Source of the DNA: Promethearchaeia archaeon
GTDB taxonomy: Archaea; Asgardarchaeota; Lokiarchaeia; Sigyniarchaeales; SOKP01
Length of the DNA stretch: 64,000 nt
Direction: 5' to 3'
Assembly (NCBI GenBank): GCA_029856155.1
Contig: JAHQWL010000081.1
Span: forward strand, 45,637 to 109,636
Shown here: positions 33,116 to 42,703 of the stretch, one piece after another
Layout of the letters: every line of letters starts with the position of its first letter
Position numbering within the stretch: the first letter of the stretch is position 1
The notes under the pieces: model-generated
Told to the model about the DNA's origin: nothing
Seen by the model: only the letters and a program-made list of their open reading frames with translations
Databases searched by the model: none
Position numbers and translations under genes: made by a program

Positions 33116-33328
33116 TTAAATTTTTTTATTCGAAGTTCGGATAATTAAAATAATTAGAATCATAATGACAATGAACCATTTTACTATATCTAAAAATGGG
33201 ATAGTAATATATAAGAAACTAGCTAAGTCGAACATAACAATAAAAGCTAATATTATTAATAGAATACAATCTATATTTGAACCAAAAGGTCTTTTTTCTC
33301 CTTCTTCCTTACTGGTAATATTAAACAC
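33116..33328 (-). CDS. Small two-TM hypothetical protein
   Basis: 70 aa with two hydrophobic helices, directly downstream of tRNA-Pro. Confidence 0.45.
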   Translation of the reverse strand: MFNITSKEEGEKRPFGSNIDCILLIILAFIVMFDLASFLYITIPFLDIVKWFIVIMILIILIIRTSNKKI

Positions 33329-33419
33329 CTAATATTGAATAACCTTCAATTAAATTTAAGATTTTTTTAAATTCTATCTCACTTATTTAATATATCTAAA
33401 TATGCCCAAATTTCAACAA

Positions 33420-33524
33420 TGGGAGAGGAGGGATTTGAACTTTCGGAAGACTATCGATATGATTAGTCTTTCCCCGACCACTTGGCCCCCAGCCAAGTAT
33501 CATACCAATCTAGACTACTCTCCC
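33420..33524 (-). tRNA. tRNA-Pro(GGG) with 31-nt non-canonical intron (33441-33471) in the T stem
   Basis: Acceptor GGGAGAG/CTCTCCC; anticodon arm CTTGG-CTGGGGG-CCAAG. Removing the intron gives GGGGG-TTCAAAT-CCCTC, and a BHB-like motif lies at the junctions. Confidence 0.9.
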
Positions 33525-33685
33525 ACTATAAAAAGTGTCTTTTATGCTATGTTATGAATAGTGAAAACTGGTAATTAAATCTTTTTTGCATTAATTCTAA
33601 AATTTTAAACCAATAATTTTTAAATTATTTAGAGAGTTTTTATTCTTATCATTTCTATTTGAAACTTTATTTAAATGGTAAATTC

Positions 33686-33982
33686 ATGAGGTCAAGAAAA
33701 CCTTTTTTGATATTTTGGCCGCAATATTTTGACGTAAAGAGAAGTCGGAGTAATGGTAGAAGACTTCCCAGAAAATTCGCAATAGAAAAAGTTAATTTAG
33801 AGGAAATCGTGAATGCTGCTAAAAATTTAGGTTATACTGCTGAAATTGAGAGAAATTATAGATATTCTAGGACGTGGTGGGACGATCCTGGTAGGATATT
33901 GGTAGATGCAAAAGGGAAGAAAAAGGCTAAAGTACTAATTGAAATTGCCAAAGAACTTAGAAAATCACATTCAAAAACTTAA
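33686..33982 (+). CDS. srp19: Signal recognition particle 19 kDa protein
   Basis: IFWPQYFD..RSRSNGRRLP and Y.R.WW..PGRILV; start moved to the ATG at 33686. Confidence 0.92.
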   Translation: MRSRKPFLIFWPQYFDVKRSRSNGRRLPRKFAIEKVNLEEIVNAAKNLGYTAEIERNYRYSRTWWDDPGRILVDAKGKKKAKVLIEIAKELRKSHSKT

Positions 33983-33992
33983 TTTATCAATT

Positions 33993-34364
33993 ATGCATGA
34001 ATTTTCCTTTGCCTATAATATTTTTAAAGTCGCTGAAGCTACAGCAATTAAATATAATGCTAAAAAAATTACAGAAGTATTACTAGAAATCGGAGAATTA
34101 ACACTTATAGTTCCTGAGCTACTTCAACGATCCTTTGAAATGGCTACCAAAGGATCAATAGCAGAAGGGGCAAAATTGACTATTGCAATGACTCCAGGGA
34201 AAATTAAATGTCGAGAATGTAGTAAAACATCTGAAGTATCATTGACTCGTGAAGCACAATTGACTGGACTTCAGCTGTTTAAATGCTCAAATTGCGGCAG
34301 TAATAACACAGAAATCATTGAAGGAAAAAAAGCTAATGTGAAAAATATTAAAATTCAAGAATAA
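33993..34364 (+). CDS. hypA: Hydrogenase maturation nickel metallochaperone HypA
   Basis: MHE N-terminus (ATG 33993), IGELT, CREC...CSNC. Confidence 0.93.
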   Translation: MHEFSFAYNIFKVAEATAIKYNAKKITEVLLEIGELTLIVPELLQRSFEMATKGSIAEGAKLTIAMTPGKIKCRECSKTSEVSLTREAQLTGLQLFKCSNCGSNNTEIIEGKKANVKNIKIQE

Positions 34365-34387
34365 TTTTAATTAAGAATATTAGAAGT

Positions 34388-35125
34388 ATGGAAGATTATA
34401 AAGATTTAAAAGCAATTTGGGAGGGAGAATTACCACTCGATCAAATTAAGTGGAGAAATAGATCTTTTAAAGAATTTCAGCTATCAAATAAGCATGAATC
34501 TAAAAAAAAATTAAATTGGGATGAGCATATGAAAGATTATCCTAATGATTATGATGGAAAATTACTATTTTTAGATAATTTTCAGTTTAAAGACAACTAT
34601 ATATATTTAGATATTAGTTTTGTCAAGTTCTCTACAATAATTTTTATGGTCAAAAATAAAATCCCCGTGAAAAAAGGAATAGGAATGTTAGGGACTCAAT
34701 GTCTTATATTTTCTCCAAACAAGGAATTTATTTTAGTTGGAGAACGTTCATTATCTCAAAGCTATTATCCAGGAGCAATAGTAAATGTTGGTGGTATGTT
34801 AGAATTGGACGATTTAAAAAAAACACCTAAAGAAGCTCTTATGCGTGAAGCTTATGAGGAGACTCAATTAAATCTTAAATCTGATGCCTTTCTCAAAGCA
34901 ATTCTGGTTGGATGGAACAATGTTTCTGTTACATTTCTAATATCAACAACATTAAGTTCTATATATAATTTTAATCCCGATGAGGAGGTTATACCTGCTG
35001 ATAAAAATGAGTTTGAAGGCAATCTCCATTGGCTTTCTATTCAAGATTTAAAAAAACTACAACAAGGTAAGTATCTTGACGGTTTGTTTTATTATAAATC
35101 CAAACTTCGAAATATTTTAATCTAA
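34388..35125 (+). CDS. Nudix hydrolase
   Basis: GGMLE...ALMREAYEET Nudix box. Confidence 0.85.
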   Translation: MEDYKDLKAIWEGELPLDQIKWRNRSFKEFQLSNKHESKKKLNWDEHMKDYPNDYDGKLLFLDNFQFKDNYIYLDISFVKFSTIIFMVKNKIPVKKGIGMLGTQCLIFSPNKEFILVGERSLSQSYYPGAIVNVGGMLELDDLKKTPKEALMREAYEETQLNLKSDAFLKAILVGWNNVSVTFLISTTLSSIYNFNPDEEVIPADKNEFEGNLHWLSIQDLKKLQQGKYLDGLFYYKSKLRNILI

Positions 35126-35152
35126 AATTACTATAAGGAAGATGTAAGAAAA

Positions 35153-35530
35153 TTAAACGAGAACTCCATTCATAGTTCCCGATTGTCCTGGACGACTTGT
35201 TATTTTTGCATTGCCTAATTCAGTTTCAACAATTGCTCCTTTAGTTAAGATATGCCTTCGATTCAAATCCTTCGAAGCTAGATTGCTTTCAAATCGTAAG
35301 ATTTTTACTTTTGAAGTCTTATTCGTACTTGGATCTGTTACATTAATGAACTTTGTAGAAAACAATTTAACCTTAACATTACCACCTAAAACACGTTGTT
35401 TCTTTTTCTTTTCTTCACCGATGATAGTATCAATTCTCGGACGTTCAAGTTCTCTTTTTCTTTTCTTTCTAAAATGTCTGTATTTTTTTCCGGTGTATTT
35501 TCGTTTACTTCGAGCGTGACTTCTTGCCAT
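35153..35530 (-). CDS. rps8e: 30S ribosomal protein S8e
   Basis: RKKRKRELER, LTKGAIVET and TSRPGQSG. Confidence 0.97.
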   Translation of the reverse strand: MARSHARSKRKYTGKKYRHFRKKRKRELERPRIDTIIGEEKKKKQRVLGGNVKVKLFSTKFINVTDPSTNKTSKVKILRFESNLASKDLNRRHILTKGAIVETELGNAKITSRPGQSGTMNGVLV

Positions 35531-35711
35531 GAAATAATTACCAAATTTATTCCAATTTAATAGGTAAGATAAGAAAGAATATCTTTAAAATTTTTTGATT
35601 AATATCATGAAATTATGATTTATTAAGGCAAAGTAAAAATAGAACAAATTTTTATTTATAATATATCATTTATTAAGCTATATATTAAAACAGACATTAT
35701 TTCACAGCAAA

Positions 35712-36350
35712 ATGATGGAAAATAACAATAAATTAAACCAACTGGATCAAGAACAAATTGAGAAAATACTACAAACCGGTACAACGACAGTTGGAATAAT
35801 TGTAAAAGATGGTGTAATTATTGGTACTGATTCACAAGCGACCGGTGGTACGTTTGTAGCATCCAAACAAGCCCAGAAGTTATTTGAAATAAATAGTTAT
35901 ACTGCGGCTACCATTGCGGGGGGTGTAGCAGACTGTCAGTACGTAGTTAATCAGTTGCGCGCCTTATCTCGACTAAAAGAAGTTGAAGAGGGAAAAGTGC
36001 CAGAACCTAAATATGTAGCTAGCATTTGTCGTAATATATTATTCAGTGGTAGAAGCTATTTCATTGCTATGATGATTGTAGGTGGTTACTCACTGAGAGA
36101 AAAAACGGGGAAACTCTTTGGAATTGACTTACTTGGTACACTTTATGAAGAAAATGAATATCTCTCTTTTGGAAGTGGTAGTCCTTTTAGTCTTGGTGTT
36201 TTAGAATCTGAGTGGAAAGCGAATTTACCTAAAGCTAAAGGGATTGATTTATTAAAAACAGCGATTTCAAGTTCTCGTGAAAGAGATGCGGGTTCAGGGT
36301 ATGAACTGCAAATTTGTACCATTGATAAAAATGGTTTCAAACAACTCTAA
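35712..36350 (+). CDS. psmB: Proteasome beta subunit
   Basis: Propeptide then G|TTTVG; AGGVAD, GSGS and RDAGSG. Confidence 0.95.
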   Translation: MMENNNKLNQLDQEQIEKILQTGTTTVGIIVKDGVIIGTDSQATGGTFVASKQAQKLFEINSYTAATIAGGVADCQYVVNQLRALSRLKEVEEGKVPEPKYVASICRNILFSGRSYFIAMMIVGGYSLREKTGKLFGIDLLGTLYEENEYLSFGSGSPFSLGVLESEWKANLPKAKGIDLLKTAISSSRERDAGSGYELQICTIDKNGFKQL

Positions 36351-36369
36351 TAAAATACTTTTAATAATA

Positions 36370-36855
36370 TCAATTTTCTCTAAATTTGATTAAAATTTGT
36401 TTAAGTTCATCTAAAATATAAATAAATCCATTTAATTCTTTACTTTTAGCATCAATAATCGTCCATATTAAATGTTTAAACTTAGTAATTCCACTTTCAT
36501 AATAATTTTTCATATATGGAACATCTACACCACTTGGATAAGCATTTCCGGGATGAGAATGAAAAATACTTAAGAGTTGAAAATCTTCAGAATATTTGTT
36601 AGAAATTTCAATTAGTTTTTCATAATCATCCATTAAAAATGCGGCCGGACTTTTACGTGAAGAATCAATACACTCAAATTTATACCCACAATAGTAATAA
36701 GCATATTCATCTTCACTATCTAGTTTTTGCTGTTCTTGGATTTTTCCAAAAATTAATCCACAAGCTTCATTAGGAGAAGCTTTCTCAACACAACGTTCTA
36801 TTTCCTTAAAAAGGTTTTTATTAATAAATAGGACTATATCGTTCTCAAATTTCAT
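36370..36855 (-). CDS. JAMM/MPN+ metalloprotease
   Basis: EACG...FHSHP...PSGVD matches E-x(n)-HxH-x7-S-x2-D. Confidence 0.9.
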   Translation of the reverse strand: MKFENDIVLFINKNLFKEIERCVEKASPNEACGLIFGKIQEQQKLDSEDEYAYYYCGYKFECIDSSRKSPAAFLMDDYEKLIEISNKYSEDFQLLSIFHSHPGNAYPSGVDVPYMKNYYESGITKFKHLIWTIIDAKSKELNGFIYILDELKQILIKFREN

Positions 36856-36879
36856 GTGATATATATCTAACCCCCAATA

Positions 36880-37566
36880 TTATAGTATTGTTAAAGCAGC
36901 ATTTAATGCAGCTAAGCGTGCCTTTTCTGGATTTTTACCTAATCCTATTATGACTACGTCGTTTTCTTCTAATTGAGAATTTTTTTTATTAATTAAATTG
37001 TGAATATAATTAAAAATATTATCGTCAACTTTCATTTGGTCTTTTTCATTATAACTAAGACTATGAGATGGAAAAATTAAATTTTTACCATCAAAAAGTA
37101 AACAGGTTGCTCCAACACCCCCAATTTTTATAGCTGCATCTCTTTGTTCGATACCATTTGATATTTTTTCAATTGCCTCCCTTACTAAACAAAAAAAAAT
37201 GTGATTTCCTTCTGGTTTGATAATTATGTCTTTAAGTATCGATGGTTCCCCCTCCTCTATTAGTAGGATTTTTCGTTTTAGCTTTTTTAAAAATTCAAAA
37301 CCATTTTGAGTCAGAATATGACCTTTTCTTTTATTTTCATCAGTTAAGACTCTAATGAAATTTATTACTTGATTCAATTTTTTAATAAGAGATCTTGCCG
37401 TACCTGAACCAATTATCAATTCTTTTTGTAGGCGATATCTACCAATTCCTTCCTTATTTTCCTCAAATATGAATAGAGCTAAAATAACATGGACTATCTC
37501 AAATGATGGTTTAATCGTAGGGCTCTCAAATAACGTATCTAATTCTTCAAACATTATTACACTCAA
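36880..37566 (-). CDS. DUF4443-like HTH protein
   Basis: IGRYRL..EL.IG.GTARSL helix-turn-helix; GIEQRDAAIKIG..GAT motif. Confidence 0.75.
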   Translation of the reverse strand: MSVIMFEELDTLFESPTIKPSFEIVHVILALFIFEENKEGIGRYRLQKELIIGSGTARSLIKKLNQVINFIRVLTDENKRKGHILTQNGFEFLKKLKRKILLIEEGEPSILKDIIIKPEGNHIFFCLVREAIEKISNGIEQRDAAIKIGGVGATCLLFDGKNLIFPSHSLSYNEKDQMKVDDNIFNYIHNLINKKNSQLEENDVVIIGLGKNPEKARLAALNAALTIL

Positions 37567-37683
37567 GTATAATTAATTAATATAAGAAAAAAATAAATAT
37601 AAATCAGAATGTAATTTTATTAACTATCTAAATCCCGAAAATTCAAATAAGATATCCATAAATTGAAATTTCTGTAAAACAAA

Positions 37684-38673
37684 ATGGCTAAAAAAGAGAA
37701 TGATAAAAGCTTTTATGAACCTCATGATTTAGTTTACTTTAAAACTAAAGAGGATGACGAAAGAAAGGCGATCGATAAATATTCATTTGAAAAGATTGAT
37801 CAAGAAGATAAAATCAAACTTGTTAACAATTACCAACCATTTGGAAGTCATTTTCAATACTCGATACTTGTTGATAACCAAAGTTTAGCCCCCATAACAG
37901 AATTAAAAATTAAAGTTAACATTCCTTCCTTCTTAACACTTTCAAGGTGCTACCCTCCTTCAGTAAGTATTCCTCTTTTGAATCCTAATAAAGATTCTAA
38001 TCAATTAACTCTAGAGCTCGATGAATTAAATGAGAAAAGTAATAAACAAATACATTTACATTTTATACCAAATGCTTTAGATAGGAAAGGAGAAATAAGA
38101 ACAATTGTTACTTATGTTAATAATAAGGATACTATACGAGTTCTTGATAGTAGACCTGCAGAAATAACCATTGATAATATATCTATTGAACCTAAGGTGG
38201 TCCCTTCTAGTTTCATTAGAGATTTCTCTCAAACTCCTGGAATTAAAAAAGCAATCAAAAGTATGGGTATTGCTATTAATCACCAAATTGATCCTGGTAT
38301 TTATTTTGATCTTTTAGAACAAATCTTTTTGCTTAATAATTTTCAGTTAGTCGCTAAGGATGCAGAGAAAAAAATTTTATGGTATTTTGGAACTGAATCT
38401 ATCATAAAAGAAGATATCCTCGCGATTGGGCAAATTATTTCGAATAAAGTTGAAATAATAGCTAGTTCTTTTAATCATTACCTGTTAGTCTCTTTTTTGA
38501 CTTTGCTCTCAAATGAGTTTAAAGAAGCAATTTTATCGAAAGGTATAATAAAATCAAAAGATCAAATTTTTAATTTAGAATGCCGGTATTGCGGAGCGAT
38601 TCTCCCTTTTTTTCCAAACAAAGGTAATTCAATTGGTTGTACTAAATGTAATAACGAACAAATCGTTTGGTAA
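37684..38673 (+). CDS. Hypothetical: adaptin-appendage-like (beta-sandwich plus platform) with C-terminal zinc ribbon
   Basis: ILVDNQS..PITELKI sandwich; IEPKVVPSSFIRDF linker helix; alpha/beta platform; CRYC...CTKC. Confidence 0.55.
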   Translation: MAKKENDKSFYEPHDLVYFKTKEDDERKAIDKYSFEKIDQEDKIKLVNNYQPFGSHFQYSILVDNQSLAPITELKIKVNIPSFLTLSRCYPPSVSIPLLNPNKDSNQLTLELDELNEKSNKQIHLHFIPNALDRKGEIRTIVTYVNNKDTIRVLDSRPAEITIDNISIEPKVVPSSFIRDFSQTPGIKKAIKSMGIAINHQIDPGIYFDLLEQIFLLNNFQLVAKDAEKKILWYFGTESIIKEDILAIGQIISNKVEIIASSFNHYLLVSFLTLLSNEFKEAILSKGIIKSKDQIFNLECRYCGAILPFFPNKGNSIGCTKCNNEQIVW

Positions 38674-38759
38674 GATTATTAAAATGAACACTCAAATTTA
38701 TTTAATTTATATTATTCTAAATTTGTATATTTAACTTCTTCTTAATAAAAGTAAAAATT

Positions 38760-40178
38760 ATGAGTTCACTGAAAAAGGAATTAGTGCCTTCAACTGCAGA
38801 AATGATGAGTTGGACTTCAGAGATATTCAAACAAGGTATTAGACGTCCAGGTTACCCCGCTGATTATTGGGCAGAAAACTGGGTGAAAAAGCAATTTGAT
38901 AGAATGGGTTTACAAGATGTTACTCTTGATCCTGTTCAAATAAAAAAATGGGAGGCTAATGAAACCAAACTAAAAATTTGGTTGGTTGATAGTCCTAAAG
39001 ACAAGTATGATATACCTTGTTTCCCTATACCTTATACTGCACCCATAAACGATCTCGAAGCAGAATTATGCTTGATTTCAGACAACATGTCAATACCAGG
39101 GAAAATTGCTGTTTCAGAATTAAATTTACTTACGTTTCCCGTCAAGACATTAAAATCTTTATCCGGGATAGATCGATTTTATGATCCTAAGAATGATTTT
39201 GATAATTTAGAGCAAACAGTTCCTTTTGATTATAAAATACGTGCATTCTTAGAACCTCAATTAAAAGATAAGGTTGCTGGGTTTATTGGGATTTTATCAG
39301 GTTACCCTAGGGAAACAGATGAGTATTATGTTCCCTATGATGCTGTTGAGAGAGATATCCCTGGGGTTTATGTTAGTCGAAATAATGGAAAAATAATATT
39401 AGAATTAATTAAAAAAGGCGTAGTGAAAGCTAAGTTGTCATATAAAGCTACTATCTCCGAAGTTCGTTCCCATAACATTACAGGTTCCTTAGAAGGAATG
39501 TCTGACGAATGGATTATTATTGGTACTCACCATGATGGACCCTGGAACTCCGCAGTAGAGGATGCATCTGGCATGGTATTAGTCCTGGCTCAAGCTAAAT
39601 ATTGGTCTCAAATTCCTAAAGAACAACGTCCTTTCAATTTATTATTTCTAATGAACTGTGCACATATGGCGGGAGGAAAAGGGGCATCAACCTTTTCAGA
39701 AAAAAATAAAGATTTTTTGAAGAAGGTAGTGGTTGGGATTCATTTAGAACATGTTGCTCGCGATATAAAAAGTGAAAACGGAAAGTTAGTTCCATTAGAT
39801 GATCCTACTGTACGTTGGTGGTTTGTAAGTCGAATATTACCTCTTGAAGAAATTGTTGAAAATGCTATAATACATGAAGATTTGCAACGCTCCATTTTAC
39901 TACCACCAGATGGATTCCCTCCTGGAAGAGAGAGTCCTCCTACAGATGGAAGTTTTTATCACCTAGGCGGAATTCCGTTCGTATCATTTTTAACAGCTCC
40001 TCCATATTTATTTGATACTGCCGATACAATGGATAAAATCCACGAAGAGAGTTATCACCCTCTCACTCAAGCAGTTATTCTGATAATCAATGATTTAAAG
40101 GATTATACAGCAAGAGGATTAAGAAGTCTTGTTTTAAGTAAGAAAGAACGACATAAATTAAGAAAATACATGAAATAA
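38760..40178 (+). CDS. M28 family metallopeptidase with PA-like insert
   Basis: IIGTHHD, AVEDASG and TADTMDKI; the usual EE motif is replaced (CAH). Confidence 0.8.
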   Translation: MSSLKKELVPSTAEMMSWTSEIFKQGIRRPGYPADYWAENWVKKQFDRMGLQDVTLDPVQIKKWEANETKLKIWLVDSPKDKYDIPCFPIPYTAPINDLEAELCLISDNMSIPGKIAVSELNLLTFPVKTLKSLSGIDRFYDPKNDFDNLEQTVPFDYKIRAFLEPQLKDKVAGFIGILSGYPRETDEYYVPYDAVERDIPGVYVSRNNGKIILELIKKGVVKAKLSYKATISEVRSHNITGSLEGMSDEWIIIGTHHDGPWNSAVEDASGMVLVLAQAKYWSQIPKEQRPFNLLFLMNCAHMAGGKGASTFSEKNKDFLKKVVVGIHLEHVARDIKSENGKLVPLDDPTVRWWFVSRILPLEEIVENAIIHEDLQRSILLPPDGFPPGRESPPTDGSFYHLGGIPFVSFLTAPPYLFDTADTMDKIHEESYHPLTQAVILIINDLKDYTARGLRSLVLSKKERHKLRKYMK

Positions 40179-40187
40179 GTAGTTAAA

Positions 40188-40631
40188 ATGGAATATAAAG
40201 ATTTATTAAAAGTAATTGCTCCATGTGGTCTTAATTGTTATAAGTGTTTTGCTAACTCTGAAGGACCAATAAGAAAGACTAGTCTAAAGCTACAAGAATC
40301 TTTAGGCTCATTCGATATATATGCCGAAAGATTTTCATCGGTTCTCCCTATATTCAAAGAATATCCTTCTTTTAAAGCATTACTCCAATATTTATCTGAA
40401 GAGAATTGCCTTGGATGTAGGGAAGGTTCATGTTTGTATCCCAACTGTGGAGTAAGAAATTGTTACAAAGCTAAAAATGTCGATTTTTGTTTTCAGTGTA
40501 ATGAATTTCCTTGTCAAAAAACTAATTTTGACTCCCACCTTGAGCAAAGATGGAAAAAAATAAATAATCGAATGAAAGAGATTGGGATTGAAGCTTATTA
40601 CCAAGAAACTAAGGATTTACCAAGATACTGA
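40188..40631 (+). CDS. DUF3795-like Cys-rich protein
   Basis: APCGLNCYKC, CLGCR and FCFQCNEFPC. Confidence 0.8.
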   Translation: MEYKDLLKVIAPCGLNCYKCFANSEGPIRKTSLKLQESLGSFDIYAERFSSVLPIFKEYPSFKALLQYLSEENCLGCREGSCLYPNCGVRNCYKAKNVDFCFQCNEFPCQKTNFDSHLEQRWKKINNRMKEIGIEAYYQETKDLPRY

Positions 40632-41164
40632 TAATAGAATAATTATAAATTGGAAAAAATCAATTGTTATTTTCTTTTTATTTTAAAATTATTTATGTAA
40701 GATCATTCCAAATTGATTCTCCTCTTTTGGACTGGGAATATCATCGAAAAATCCAATTTTAAGGACTCTATACATCTTAATTTTTAAAAAAAGTCATATA
40801 GCAAATCTTCAAAAATTTATTAGTATAGCGTTTCACAATTTGAATAAATTTCCCCTATCCTTTCTAATTTCATCTTTATTAATTTTTTAACAAACTACAG
40901 ATAGGAAATAATATTATATCTTCCCAAATTTCAACAAAAATCGAAATTCCATAAAAATGTTCTAACTTACACGAGATTGATCATTTTATTAATTTTGAAT
41001 TTTGGCGTTCAATTCTTTTGTTTTTTATCTCCATAAAATGAAGCACTAAGGAAAATCTTTAAATATGTCAAAGAACATAGATATTATAATAAAATTAATT
41101 TAATCAAAAACTTTAAAATTAAAATTATTAACCAAAATAATAAAAAAGTGGAGGAATGAAAATT

Positions 41165-41374
41165 ATGAGCGAATATATATCCTGGTCTCCAATTAGAAGA
41201 TTAATGAAACATAATGGTGCAATTATCGTTGCTCGTGATGCTGTGAATGAATTAGTTGATTGGATGGGTACATCTGCTACCAAAATCACAAAAACTGCTT
41301 TATCCTTAACCAAGCATTCGAAGAGGAAGAAAGTAACTCGGGACGACATTCTTTTAGCAATTAAATACTTCTAA
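41165..41374 (+). CDS. Archaeal histone (HMf-like)
   Basis: PIRRLMK.NGA..VARDA...HSKRKKV..DDI.LA; GGAGG 10 nt before the ATG at 41165. Confidence 0.93.
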   Translation: MSEYISWSPIRRLMKHNGAIIVARDAVNELVDWMGTSATKITKTALSLTKHSKRKKVTRDDILLAIKYF

Positions 41375-41399
41375 GGATTAAGAATCGTTTATTAAATCT

Positions 41400-41891
41400 T
41401 TATTTTATTTTTTTTTTACTCTTAAGTCTCATATTTTTATAAAATTTCTTTCTAATAACAATTATCATATAACCAGCTGCAATTGAAATACCTAATCCCC
41501 AGAATGGAGTTTTAAATATTAATATAATACTCCCAACCGGATAAAGAAAGCGACTCAGAAATTTGATTTTTCGATTTTTAAATGGTTTGTTTCTTATACC
41601 TTGAATCGAGTACTGTAAAATTGAAGGGATCCAACAAAGTAAGAAAATTATTATAATTATTGGCAAACTAATGAAATTTATGATATAAAAATAAAATATA
41701 TTGCAAAATATTAACGCGACTATAGTACCCAAACTAAAAGAAAAACATCCTATACAAATTGCATAGTTAAATAAATAAAGTACATGATCATTAAAATCTG
41801 GACGATTTGGATTATGATGTGCTAACCAACTGATGATTATCTTCTTATCCTCTTGAATATCTTTTTTTTGGTCATGCATCTTTCTGTCCAA
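41400..41891 (-). CDS. Membrane protein, DUF2085-like
   Basis: HH..H..CIGC metal motif followed by TM helices. Confidence 0.55.
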   Translation of the reverse strand: MDRKMHDQKKDIQEDKKIIISWLAHHNPNRPDFNDHVLYLFNYAICIGCFSFSLGTIVALIFCNIFYFYIINFISLPIIIIIFLLCWIPSILQYSIQGIRNKPFKNRKIKFLSRFLYPVGSIILIFKTPFWGLGISIAAGYMIIVIRKKFYKNMRLKSKKKIK

Positions 41892-41969
41892 TTTAAATAG
41901 TGAATAATCTAATGATCGTTTGATTGCAAAATAGAGATTGATTTTTCTTAATTACTGGGAAAAATATAT

Positions 41970-42383
41970 TTATGAACAATCACAATCTCCACAATCGCAA
42001 CCACTACAATCACACCCTCCACCACCACCACCACATGATCCTCCTCGGCGCTTTCCAGATCCACATGCTGTAGACCCTATGCAACAAATTATAATAGCAC
42101 CTATAACAAGAAATGAAATTCCAATGGGAGTTCCTCCAATCATCATCGGTAGTCCAAAATAAATTAATATAATTCCGACTACTACAACAAGAAGAACAGC
42201 AATAGCTGCACCCCCTTTAGTTTTTTTTGGTTTTGAAGGGGTATAAGGAGCTGCTTGATATGTTGGTTGTGTTGGTTGTGTTGGTTGAATATAAGGACTA
42301 GTGGAACTACCAATTGGTTTTGCACAAAAAGGACAAAAAACTGCCTCGTCAGGTATTTCTGAACCACAATTAGTACAATACAT
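41970..42383 (-). CDS. Zinc-ribbon membrane protein with Gly/Cys-rich tail
   Basis: CTNC...CPFC; (QPT)3 linker; TM hairpin; GGGGGGCDCSGCDCGDCDCS. Confidence 0.8.
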   Translation of the reverse strand: MYCTNCGSEIPDEAVFCPFCAKPIGSSTSPYIQPTQPTQPTYQAAPYTPSKPKKTKGGAAIAVLLVVVVGIILIYFGLPMMIGGTPIGISFLVIGAIIICCIGSTACGSGKRRGGSCGGGGGGCDCSGCDCGDCDCS

Positions 42384-42703
42384 TTCAAACTCTAATTTAT
42401 TTTGTTAAATTTCACATATTAATTCCTATAAAATAAAAGAAGAAACTTTTCAATTTAAATATACATAAATTAGAGGGAGATAAGTAATAGTTAAATCTTT
42501 AATCGTCTTAAAACCCATTTTTTATCTTTCTTTGAGATTGTTTAAGTTTACCAAAAGACTACTATATATCTGAAAAACTAAAATAATTATACAAAGCTGT
42601 CAATGCTAACTTTCCTCATCAAAAGTAAGAACAATTGCATACAGCATAATTATAATCTTTATAAGACCAAGTAATAAATATTTTGAAAATTTATAAAGAT
42701 TGA

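Noticed and set aside
41938-42388. Alternative ORFs 41938-42162 (+) and 42182-42388 (-)
   Set aside because: These are shadow frames of the zinc-ribbon/Cys-tail gene; other short antisense ORFs in the track were dismissed the same way
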